A stretch of 63,679 bases of DNA, filler included, from Octopus bimaculoides (lineage: Eukaryota), in the NCBI RefSeq assembly GCF_001194135.2. It is 7 parts of 6 records of this genome, joined end to end, with 100 filler letters (N's around TTAATTAATTAA, not from the genome) between each part and the next. Parts side by side here need not be neighbours in the genome. Positions count along the whole stretch, not along the records: positions 46,982 to 56,878 come from NC_068989.1; positions 56,979 to 63,679 come from NC_069000.1; 5 more parts are not named here. One strand, 5' to 3'. Position 1 is the first letter of the stretch, and every line of letters starts with the position of its first letter. Below the pieces are notes generated by a model, which saw nothing but the letters and a program-made list of their open reading frames with translations, ran no database searches and was not told the origin of the DNA. A program made the position numbers and the translations under genes. Below are positions 52,560-63,679 of the stretch, one piece after another.

Positions 52560-52730
52560 AGCGTTGCTACCCTTATACGCAGAAAAATTTCCGCCATATT
52601 TAATTTTGAAGCTTTCTAATAAAATTGCCTTTGTGCAGACGCAAATGTCGTCGCTTGGATCGAAAGTTTCCTGTCCGCACTTTCCGATGCAGTAAGCTTT
52701 AATGGAGAACTTTCCAACTCACAATCTATG
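52560..52730 (+). mobile_element. Short LINE RT relic (CR1/L2/Jockey-like)
   Basis: LKLS..., then after a frameshift ANVVAWIESFLS...VSFNGELS, matching the WIxSFLxxRxQxVxxNGxxS pattern. Confidence 0.4.
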
Positions 52731-53880
52731 AATTTAACATATTCGACCATCGCTTCAACATTTTTCTTTCTCTACTTTAATGAGCTTCTTCTTAATTCTA
52801 ATAACACACATTTTTCTGTATATCACTCCTCAAACTTCTGTGCCTAAATATCACCCACTTAAAATTTTTGTATCTCACGCATGAACCGCACTACTTACAA
52901 AAATAGAGGCTCCAAAAAAGTCATTCTAGTAACCTTTAAAAGTACTGAAATGCAAGTGGTATGCATAGTAAAGAAGATTGTACCTTATCCTTTGTTCATA
53001 CAAGGACACTCAAAAAAAATGGTTATCAGTATTGCTATATATGCTAGGTAAAGTTGATTGTCTGACAATCTCTTATGACAACTCCATCTTCAATGTCAAA
53101 ACATATTTCCCCATAATGTATTACGATGCTGCTTCTTTACTTAGATGTTGAACTTCATCCAACAGAAGCTCAGTCAGTTGATCAAGAGGACTCTCTCACA
53201 TGCATACTTCTCAGTACTGATACTGCTCTGTCACTAATATATATTTTTTTAACAAGTTCACTGGCTAATCACGACACTATTGCCTGTTCTGGCACTGATT
53301 TTCTATATATCACTAGCGGAGAGATGAATCGCTGCTATCTCTAGCGGTCGAGTGTCTATCACCGATGAGATCAAATAAGATCGAAATCATGTGATCTGGT
53401 GATCTTGACACTAGAGTTGGTGGGGAGTTATCCCCTCGCTGGCCTTAAAAACAAACAAGCCTGCACTCTGCACTAAAAACCTATATGAAAGTTTTTTTTT
53501 TCCATGGTACCAACCGCGGTAAAGTTTGTTCTAACAGAATATCCATGTGTAAGTGGGAATAAATATTACCTCTCACTATTAATACTGTCTTTGTTGTCAA
53601 TATATGCTAAAGCCACTGTCTTAAGGAGGCATTCTTTCTTCTTTATGTGCATTCGATTCCTACTTGAACATATTATACTTTGTTATATTGCATAGTCTTT
53701 TATGCACTTACACGTTTCCTCTCTTTGTTCCTACTACGTTTTAATGGCACCCTGAACCCAATAGTAAACACGTCAGCCAACTTTTAGACTTTTCTTGCAT
53801 ACTGGCATTAAATTCATCAATCCCTGAAAACCGGGAGGTATAGTAAGCTTTGTGTATACTGCGCCCACACATTTCACTAA

Positions 53881-53995
53881 CGTTGTTGGTGTTGGTGTTG
53901 GTGCTGTTGGTGTTGGTGTTGGTGCTGTTGGTGTTGGTGTTGTTGGTGTTGGTGTTGGTGGTATTGATGTTGATGCTGGTGTTGGTGCTGTTGTA
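53881..53995. repeat. (GTTGGT)n-type repeat
   Basis: Seen directly. Confidence 0.9.
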
Positions 53996-54556
53996 GAAAT
54001 AGTTATAGCAAGAAGAAGAAAAATGGAATAGAATACAGCATTGTGGACTTGTAGAAAAGTCTCTTGGGATTTATGGGGACTTGTCATCAAACCTAATGAT
54101 AACATCTCTGTCAATGAAACTAATATTACTTTCACAAATACCCTCCGCACACACACACACACACACAGCGCATATATTCTTCACTTATTTACAGTTATCA
54201 NNNNNNNNNNNNNNNNNNNNNNNNNNNNNNNNNNNNNNNNNNNNNNNNNNNNNNNNNNNNNNNNNNNNNNNNNNNNNNNNNNNNNNNNNNNNNNNNNNNN
54301 NNNNNNNNNNNNNNNNNNNNNNNNNNNNNNNNNNNNNNNNNNNNNNNNNNNNNNNNNNNNNNNNNNNNNNNNNNNNNNNNNNNNNNNNNNNNNNNNNNNN
54401 NNNNNNNNNNNNNNNNNNNNNNNNNNNNNNNNNNNNNNNNNNNNNNNNNNNNNNNNNNNNNNNNNNNNNNNNNNNNNNNNNNNNNNNNNNNNNNNNNNNN
54501 NNNNNNNNNNNNNNNNNNNNNNNNNNNNNNNNNNNNNNNNNNNNNNNNNNNNNNNN

Positions 54557-54590
<34 letters not shown>

Positions 54591-54591
<1 letters not shown>

Positions 54592-54814
54592 CATAGGGCC
54601 GGTTTCTCGGTTTCCGTGGCGTATATATTTGTATATTCCCCAACGGGACGGGACGCCGGTCCGTCGTGGGGTTACTTATTTTTGTCAGCTGAGTGAAGTG
54701 AAGCAACGTGAAATGAAGTGTTTTGCTCAAGAACACAATGCGTCACCCGGCCCGGAAATCGAAACTACAATCTTACGATCATGGGTGCAACACCCTAACC
54801 AGTGAGCCATGCGC
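54591..54814 (-). mobile_element. SINE family D, full length
   Basis: Reverse complement GCGCATGGCTCACTGGTTAGGGTG...GGTTTCGATTTCCGGGCCGGG...GTGTTCTTGAGCAAAACACTTC...GAAACCGGCCCTATGA. Confidence 0.88.
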
Positions 54815-54857
54815 TTCCACCCGTTTTCTACAGCATATAAATGACTAGAAATACAGC

Positions 54858-55036
54858 AATTCCCCTGAACGTGAGAACCAAACCGTCGCAGGGGTTACTC
54901 TTTTACAGCTGAGTGGACTAGAGCAACATAAAAAGAATTGATTTACTGGAGAACACAACGCACTACCTGGTTCGAGAATCGAAACTGCGAACTTGCGATC
55001 GTGAGTGCAACATACTAAAAACTGGGCCACGCGCCT
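54858..55036 (-). mobile_element. SINE family D, second adjacent copy
   Basis: Reverse complement GGCGCGTGGCCCAGT...GCAGTTTCGATTCTCG...GTCCACTCAGCTG...GAGTAACCCCTGCGACGG. Confidence 0.8.
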
Positions 55037-55494
55037 TCACTTGTGCGGCTAAACATATACATATATAATAGATCGTAGTATTAGTGAAGTGATGGTTTCA
55101 GATTCTTCCCAATTGTTAGGTAGGTGCCGTGCCAATCATTGTCAGCCATTTGTTGGATGCGCTCTTCATATGTCATACAAATCTAATTTCTCCACTGATT
55201 TATAATTTGTATCATTTTGTGCGCGTGTGCATTATAGATATTTATGTATATCCATTATGTATAAATACATATACATATTTATATATGCATTGATATATAC
55301 ATATAAGTGTGTATGTGTTTGTGTACGCAGCGTATTTATCTTATATCGTTACATTAACAAGTCATCTCTCACCGAAAACCTATCTTCATCAAATTAACCA
55401 AAAACAGTACAATCCCAAAAAAGTTTGAAACAAAGTAACCGAAGCCCTTAACGATTCTAGAATCAAATGTCTGACTAGAGAACCTGGATAATAT

Positions 55495-55644
55495 TTGTGG
55501 TAAGAAGTTTGTTTCCTAACCTTTTGGTTCCGAGTTCAGTCTCACTGCGTGGCACCTCGGGCAAGTGTCTTCTAGTATAGCCTTGGGCTATAGTAGAAGC
55601 CTTGTGAGTGGTTTTGGTAAATGAAAACTGAAAGAATCCCGTCG

Positions 55645-55648
<4 letters not shown>
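55495..55648 (+). mobile_element. SINE family A with an internal hairpin-forming replacement
   Basis: Family A head and tail plus an (AT)n tail. Confidence 0.88.
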
Positions 55649-55726
<78 letters not shown>

Positions 55727-56029
55727 TTTGTGTCTGTGTTTTTTCACCATCTTATATTAAAACTGATAAAAATATAAATGAACATACTTTCAAAAATATA
55801 AAACTCAATCAATCCCTTAGAAACATAACCAAATAAGGAATAAACTGAACAGATGTAACGAGGCATATGATTAGGAATCATCTTCCAAAATGCAAATTAG
55901 ACGACCATACTGGTTGATTTACGATTATTCTGGAAAGTTACTTATTTTTCCCACATTCTCTCACTTTTCTATAAAATGTGCAACTTTTACGCTTGTCGAG
56001 TTNNNNNNNNNNTGTGTGTGTGTGTGTGT

Positions 56030-56072
<43 letters not shown>

Positions 56073-56084
56073 TCTTATTTGAAA

Positions 56085-56400
56085 CTTAATGGTAGGGGTA
56101 TTCGGATCACGATTGTAATATCGTGAATTCAATTCCTAGTGGCGCTTTGTGTCCTTAAGCAAGATATTTTATTTCACGTTGATCCAGTCTATTCAGCTGG
56201 CAAAAATGTGTTGTGCCTGTAATTCAAAGGGCTAGGCATAGACACATTCTGTGTCATGCTGAATCTCCTTGAGAATTTACGTTAAGGGTACGCGTGTCTG
56301 CAGAGTGATCAGCCACTTGCACATCTATTTCGCAAGCAGACTGTTCTGTTGATCGGATCAACTGAAACCCTCGTAGTCATAACTGACAGATTGCCAGTGT
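56085..56400 (+). mobile_element. SINE with a family D-type head and a family C-type tail
   Basis: Head ...GAATTCAATTCCT...GTGTCCTTAAGCAAG...CAGCTGGCAAAAATG; tail GTGCCTGTAATTCAAAGGG...GTTGATCGGATCAACTG. Confidence 0.78.
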
Positions 56401-56978
56401 GTCTTATTTGATTGTTGGGGCAAAAGAGTTGCCATCAGTGGCATTCTATACCAAGCGTCTGCCTTTAGCCCAACGACTAACAGGAAATCACATTCCATAT
56501 ATCGAGTCCTCTTTTGTCTGATATACGAAACTTGCATGATCCCACACACACAAACTCAAACACGCTGACATACCCTATCTCGCTCCATTTCTCTCTCTCT
56601 CTCTCTCTCAATCAATCAATCTATCTATCTATTTCACTCACATGCACACACACACACATACAAGAAGTGGGTAAGTTACTACGAGGTTATCAGCTACCCT
56701 CATGTGTTGTGTGATTCGGAAATGCTGTTATTTTCTACTAGTAAAATGTTTATATATATTAAGAGATGTTCGGTTTGTATTGTATTAAAGTATGTGTGTA
56801 TGTGCTTCGGGTAAATATGTTTGTGTGTGCGCGTGTGTGTGCGTGCGCGCGTGTATAAAATGGGGAAATTTCAACTTTNNNNNNNNNNNNNNNNNNNNNN
56901 NNNNNNNNNNNNNNNNNNNNNNTTAATTAATTAANNNNNNNNNNNNNNNNNNNNNNNNNNNNNNNNNNNNNNNNNNNN

Positions 56979-59058
56979 ATTCATGCAGACGATCGTTTCG
57001 TATAGCGATATAAAAATCATGTAAATTCATGGTTGAATAGAATTAATTAAATTAATTAGATTAAATTAAATTAAATGTATATCTTTCTTAAAAAATCCTA
57101 TCTTCTGCCCCCTCTTATAGATATAATAATAAAATTTGTAGATTATGTTTAGAAGAGAGCAATAGCATAATGAGAATGAATGGAAATCTAGTTAACATTA
57201 GGGATGAAAGAGTTTCTCATGTAAACACATGACCAAATTCCTCTTTATGAATCTTAAATAATTCTTTACTGCCCCTTGCTCAGATTTGTTTTTGGTGTTT
57301 TTTAAAAAATATTTCTATATATTATCTTTTACTCTGGAGTACAATTACTCATCACATCAACTTTACATCACTATATTTTACACTATCTTGATATATTTTT
57401 TTATTCATCTAACTTTTCCTTCTAACAATTCCATGACCCGTCATATATTGGGCTAGCACTTTACCTACCTCTCCCTACACCTCCTTTTCTCTCAATATGT
57501 CTGCTGTTTAAAAAAAATCTCTTTTCTTAGTATATAATATACCTATATATATTTTTTGTATTTTATTTTATTTACATGTGTCCTTTTAAACCCCCTCAAC
57601 GTACCCATTCTAACTAATACTGTTTTATGTTACTTGTCACTCTACCTGATAATTAAATATATTTTACTGCTGATATATGCAAGCATATATAGTACTTCTT
57701 GGTGTCCTACATGCCTACAACCATGTGTGCATATCTAGATATGAATCTTATATATCATCTGTGTGTGTATATCTATAATTATTGTGTGTTTATTCACTAT
57801 ATATTGCCACTAACGTGTATTTTTTTAAATATGAACGTGTGCGCAAATACGTATGTTTCGCATACACACACATATATATATTACTATTTTTTTATGTGTG
57901 TCTTTACATATATCTATATGCGTGTGCCTTTTTTTTCTCTCTTTGCACCGGTATGAGTATATATGTTCCTTCCTTTATGTATTCGCTAATCAAAAAACAA
58001 CTGGAATTCCTATTTCTATGCATACTGATGTGCATATATTCCTCTACTCACGTATAAGTAAATATACTAACAGTTTTTATAGGATATTGTGAATAATTTT
58101 TTTTTTGTATACTTAATGTGCACCCCTAAACTTGTAATTTCTCTTATATTCATAATACATAATACTCTTCTATTACTTGAATATTAATACAAAGCTAATA
58201 CCACTATATATCCCTTTCACATTATGACAACCTAGTTCCTTACCTCATATTTTTATTTATACGTAAACATAGTTACATATCAATACATTCCCAGCTCATT
58301 TATCTACATTGTTATTTATCCGTATTCTTACATCCAATAATAAATCCCTGAGCGCTCTTTTTTCATCTTTATATCCTCAGCAAGTATTTGCTATCTAATT
58401 GTAATATTAACAACTATTTTTCTGTTTTTACTTATTTTTCTACCTTATATTTAATACATACTAACGAATATTAGTTCTTATGCAAGCACTAGTCCATTTT
58501 ACAAATCTTACTCTCTCTTTAAACCATTTTTACCAATATAACACTTGTTTACGTTAACAATACAGTAGCTCTTTATACAATATCTGTTCTAGTTTGACTT
58601 CATTCTCACGTATTAAATATTTTAAAAATATACACCATAATAAGTATTGTTTATGTCAAGTCATATCTTAATTCAAATATAGCCATGCCTTTCTATTGGA
58701 CATTTCTATACAATCTTTTCCCTACACGACTTATTTGGCGTTAGAATTTCTAATCTCCTTGCTCATCTATAGAGGGAACGTCTCTAAAACCTCTCTCACT
58801 TATATTTTCAAATAACCATTATAGCCTAACTGGACTCACACATATCTTTCTTTCTCATTAGGATAAATATGAATCTCCTAGATCCTAGTGAGCTTTTTCC
58901 TTTCTCAAGTCCTTTATAAAATTTTTTATATTTCTTGTACTGAAGAGTACAGTGATACATAATTAATTTAATTTAATCTAATTAATTTAATTAATTCTAT
59001 TCAACCATGAATTTGCATAATTTTTATAACGCTGTACGAAACGATCGTCTGCATGAAT
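56979..59058. repeat. ~100-bp inverted repeats (56979-57080 and 58955-59058) around a ~1.9-kb AT-rich spacer
   Basis: Four substitutions and one small indel between the arms; the left arm is cut by a gap. Confidence 0.9.
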
Positions 59059-59399
59059 TAAAATTCTCTTATATATTTTAACATCTTCTCTTCTTCATTT
59101 TTATCAAAATTGTTGAGTTTTTTAGGATTTCTTTCCATAAATTCACAACACACCATATACAAGTATTATTTTCATATTCGCAATTTTACACCAGTAAGCT
59201 ACCAGCAAAATATGAAGAATGTATATTAGAAATGTTGTTTTGGAAACCTCCAAATTAAAGGACGAATCTAATTCAACCTTTTTACACACATACACGCGCG
59301 CGCGCACACACACAATAGCCTTTACTTTAAAGAACTGTTACTGAATAAATAATCATTATAAGAATTAATTCATTAAATGGAGTTCAATAAATGTCAACA

Positions 59400-59494
59400 A
59401 ATAAAATGAAAGGCCCGCCAACAAACAGAAAATTGGAGAATTTTGAGGAGGATTTATGTAAATTTGTCAGGAACATTAAATTTAAGAAAAATAT
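59400..59494 (+). mobile_element. Penelope-like ORF N-terminal relic
   Basis: GPPTNRKLENFEEDLCKFVRNIKFKK resembles the PPxxxxLxxFExDLxxLxxNIKF segment of PLE proteins. Confidence 0.45.
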
Positions 59495-60045
59495 GCTGGT
59501 ATCCAGCATGGAAGCATGAAAGAGAAGGTTAGGAAGGAATGTTATAGAAGAGTTTGAGCAGTTCTGAAGTCTGAGCTGAATGCATATAATAAGGTGTTAG
59601 CCATAAATTCCTTAACAGTCCCAGTTGTTCTTTATAGCTTCAATGTGCTCAACTGGAATACCAGTGAAATAATCAAAACTGATAGAAAAATCCGCAAGCT
59701 ACTGACTTGTAATAAGATGCACCATCCAAAGGCAGATGTGGATCGTCTTTACCTTCCCAGAGCTCAGGGAGGTCGAGGCTTGATCCAGCTTGAACTTACG
59801 TACAAAACCACCACAATCGGACTGGCCAAATACCTTGAAACAACCAACGATTGGATGATGAAACTTTTTGAAAAACATGAAAGACCGAAAAACTTCACTC
59901 TATTCTGAAAGAGAGCAAAAAATTCGCTACTGATCTCTTAGATACCCACCAGATTGATCAGATTGAAGGAAATGCGCCAACTGCTGCTGCAAAGAAAATA
60001 AAATTAATTGCAAAAACAAAAGCACATGAAAAATTAGCTAGCAGA
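59495..60045 (+). mobile_element. R4/Dong-type retrotransposon fragment (post-RT region)
   Basis: GIQHGSMKEKVRKECYRRV*AVLKSELNAYNKVLAINSLTVPVVLYSF...MHHPKADVDRLYLPRAQGGRGLIQLE. Confidence 0.9.
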
Positions 60046-63000
60046 TCTAACATAGATCTCAACCTTCGAAGGGATTTTCGGTGGGTTTTTGTTATAGCAG
60101 ATCTACCATACCCCATTCTGGGCGCGGACTTCTTAAGCCACTTTCACTTGTTAGTAGATGTCAGGTAACAGAAGACTCGTGGACCATTCTACGTCTTTGT
60201 TTACGCCTACTTGGGTTACTACTAATTCTGTTTACAGCCTGTCATTTTTTGTCGCCACTCTCTTTTAACTTCTTCCCCAGAGCTGGTAGATCCGACTTTC
60301 AAATCAGTCAAAGTCACACACTCGACTCGCCACTACTTCGTTTTTTTTGCGTACATTGCAACTCGCCCCTGATCGGCTCAAAAAGACTCGATCTGAGTTT
60401 GAGCATATGCTTCAACTCGGCCTTATTCGCCCCTCTACCAGCCCTTGGGCATCTCCTCTTCATTTAACACGGAAAGGGGATTCAGATTTTCGTCCGGTGA
60501 GAGATTACAGACGTTTGAATGCGGTCACTCTTCCCGATCGCTATCCTATAAGGAATCTCCAGGATTTTTGTTCAAACTTGCATGGTTATACTATTTTTTC
60601 CAATGTTNNNNNNNNNNNNNNNNNNNNNNNNNNNNNNNNNNNNNNNNNNNNNNNNNNNNNNNNNNNNNNNNNNNNNNNNNNNNNNNNNNNNNNNNNNNNN
60701 NNNNNNNNNNNNNNNNNNNNNNNNNNNNNNNNNNNNNNNNNNNNNNNNNNNNNNNNNNNNNNNNNNNNNNNNNNNNNNNNNNNNNNNNNNNNNNNNNNNN
60801 NNNNNNNNNNNNNNNNNNNNNNNNNNNNNNNNNNNNNNNNNNNNNNNNNNNNNNNNNNNNNNNNNNNNNNNNNNNNNNNNNNNNNNNNNNNNNNNNNNNN
60901 NNNNNNNNNNNNNNNNNNNNNNNNNNNNNNNNNNNNNNNNNNNNNNNNNNNNNNNNNNNNNNNNNNNNNNNNNNNNNNNNNNNNNNNNNNNNNNNNNNNN
61001 NNNNNNNNNNNNNNNNNNNNNNNNNNNNNNNNNNNNNNNNNNNNNNNNNNNNNNNNNNNNNNNNNNNNNNNNNNNNNGAGGCATTATCTTCTTTTGAGTC
61101 AATCAAGAAGGAAATAGCTTCTGTTCCTTTATTGCACATCCGGTTCCTGATGCTCGTTTCTCTCTAACAGTTGATGCATCAGATTCTGCGGTTGGTGCCA
61201 TTTTACAACACACTGTTGATAATCAAACTCGACCTTTGGCATTCTTATCTCATCAATTAAAGCCAGCTGAATGTCATTACAGTACGTTTGATTGTGAACT
61301 CTTAGCAATCTACCTGTCGGTTCATCATTTTCAACATCAACTCGAGGGCCGAGATTTTGTGATTTATATTGATCACAAGCCTCTTACGTTTGCTCTGTCA
61401 TATAAATCGGACAAACACTTGCTGAATGCTTTTTGCCACCTGGACTACATTTCCCAGTTCACGAGTAACATTCGGCATATACCTGGAACAGAGAACGAAC
61501 CTGCTGACGCACTCTCTCGTCTCCCTGTGTGTTCTCTTTCAACTCCTGCTGCAATCGATTTAACTGCCATTGCGCAGGATCAGCCAGCTCTGGACTCATT
61601 GGATCTAGCTTCTGCCAAGTTGTCCAGTTGCAAGTTTGCCTATCTTCCACTTCAGTCTACTGAAGGCACAATCCTTTGTGACACAGCTACTGGTTCTACC
61701 AGGCCATTTGTACCTGCGAACCACCAGCGTTCCATTTTTGATGCCTTGCATTCACTGTCACATCCTGGCATCGTTGACTCAGTGAAGCTTATTACGGCTC
61801 GGTTTTTCTGGCCTAATATGCGCCAGATGATCACCGCTTGGGCACGCTCTTGTGTGAAATGCCAGCGTTCTAAAATCCACAGGCATATTCGCGCTCCTTT
61901 TGGACAGTTTTCTCCGCCGGAGACTCACTTTCGCCATGTTCACATTGATCTGGTTGGACCATGGCCTGTCATTCGCGGTTTCTCTTACATATTGACATAC
62001 GTCGATCGTTTCTCTCGTTGGCCTGAAGCTATTCCAAAAGTGGACATTTCCACTGAGTCAGTCGTTCGAGGTTTCATTTCTAATTGGATTGCTCGTTCTG
62101 ATGTCCCAGCTAAAATAACCACTGACCGTGGATGCCAGTTCGAAGCTTCCTTATTTCGTGAATTATCACGAATCCTATTTGTTCATCACATTCGTACGAC
62201 CAGCTACAATTCAGCTTCCAATGGTCGAGCGTTTTCACGGGCAACTGAAGGCCGCTCTACGCGCCGCTCCTGATCCGCAGTCTTGGACAGAATTCCTGCC
62301 TATCGTTCTTCTTGGTTGTCGCACTGCCGTTAAGATAGACTTAGGTTTCTCCTCCGCCGAACTCCTTTACGGTACCCCCTTGGCACATCCTGGTACAATG
62401 TTAGCACCAGCCAATTCATCACATCCTGATCCAACGTCGTATGTCACCAGACTTGGCTCGTATTTCTCGAATCTTTCCCCAATGTATCCGCGTGACCAAT
62501 CTATTCCCTCTCACGTCCCACCGGACACTGACAAGTGGATTCATGTTTTTGTTCGGGATGATTCTGTCAGAGGACCGCTCGTTTCGCTCTATAAAGGACC
62601 GTTTCGTGTGCTATAGCGCACACCCAAAACTTTTAGTCTCAACATCAATAGTCGGGCAGCGACCGTGTCAGTCGACAGACTTAATTTGGCATATTTTGAG
62701 GTTTCCACACCCTTCGATAACATTCCGGTCATGCCCACTTTTGATCTTTTACAACCACCTACACATCCACCCGCACATGCACCTTCGACCACACCATCAC
62801 CTACACCTCCACCTTCGTTGCCACAACCTAACACAAACTAACCTCATGTCAACAGGACAGGCCGTACTATGCATTGGTCCCAAAAACTTATCAAAACTAT
62901 TTATATCTGACAATCTCTTTTGTGTTTCCTGTGACAGACAATTGCTTTCTTGTGTTACTGAACAATTCCAATACTCTGCCATTGAGCATTTTGTCACATT

Positions 63001-63523
63001 TTGTGCAAGCCAATTTATATTTCTAGCAATTATTTTTCTTTTTGACTTGTCACATTTTTGTACCGTATCTTGTTGTTTGCGACCGGTTACGATCTTTGAT
63101 ATTTTCTTGTGCCTGTTCCAGTTATTCTCTATTTTCACACTGGCGTTCTCAGTGGTGAACCCCTGTAGCGAGGCACAAAGAAGCCAGTGCCATTATGAAA
63201 CAGCGAGATCTCGCCTGTAACCATTATTTAAGGAAAAGACAACATTTTCTCTCTCATTCTTCTCACGCTGACGCCGAGCAAGACTTCGAAGCCAAGAGCT
63301 CACAGTGGACATTTGTCCCACTGTGATACCACACGCATTGTCTCCAGATGTTATTGAACCTTACATGTATGGGAGAGAAGGCTAACTACGCACTGTTGTG
63401 AAGACGGTTACTGAAAGCAAACCACTTTACGAAGCACCTGTGAATAAACGGTTATTAAATTTACTCCACCTGAGAACTTCATTCTTCGTATTTCCAGCTC
63501 CTTGAATCAACAGAATAGTTATA
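60046..63523 (+). mobile_element. Ty3/Gypsy LTR retrotransposon, 3' half (protease tail, RT, RNase H, integrase, 3' LTR), decayed
   Basis: PILGADFL; SPWASPLH...DYRRLN...DRYP; DASDSAVGA...YSTFDCELLAI...DHKPL...DALSR; integrase H-SHPG...C..C, HIDLVGP, TTDRG, VERFH. Domain order RT-RH-IN; stops and frameshifts present. Confidence 0.96.
63164..63523 (+). repeat. Putative 3' LTR of the Gypsy element
   Basis: Starts TGTAGCG after a degenerate PPT. AATAAA at 63443-63448; ends GTTATA, probably from GTTACA. No 5' LTR is available to confirm. Confidence 0.6.
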
Positions 63524-63679
63524 ATGGAAGAAGATACCCCAAAAGTACAAAAGTATCATAACAACCTTCCTTCCATTATAAGCATTTGCCAGGAGATTTT
63601 GTGCACGTGCGTGTGTGTGCGTGCATACATATATATGCATTTGTATATATACATACATACATACATATATATATATATA

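Noticed and set aside
53340-53460. 5S rRNA-like string (minus-strand CGATCTTATTTGATCTC)
   Set aside because: Only ~17 nt of resemblance; the rest does not follow 5S.
63524-63580. Sequence after the Gypsy LTR as a continuation of the interrupted R4 fragment
   Set aside because: The translation does not match the expected WxxKPLHG segment and there is no TSD.

Overview
This is AT-rich eukaryotic draft-scaffold DNA with about 7 kb (~11%) of N gaps. The repeat families and microsatellite density suggest a cephalopod such as Octopus; that is pattern recognition, not a database match. No host gene could be identified with confidence. Nearly all long ORFs in the supplied track are artefacts of N runs or microsatellites. 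The window is a dense field of decayed transposons: a Tx1/L1-type LINE lacking its endonuclease, five fragments of an R4/Dong-type retrotransposon (four sitting in or against (AAT)n tracts), an internally deleted RTE LINE, three mariner fragments, the 3' half of a Ty3/Gypsy element with its LTR, Penelope-like (PLE) termini and about 20 tRNA-derived SINEs from several families. The most notable observations are a well-formed dimer-type hammerhead ribozyme fold at a PLE terminus (36514-36601, minus strand), two degenerate relatives of it, evidence of (AAT)n-targeted retrotransposition, and an unusual number of fold-back or inverted-duplication structures at scales from 30 bp to 2 kb. A few candidate exons are flagged as unverified. 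Six TTAATTAATTAA islands inside gaps are assembly linkers.
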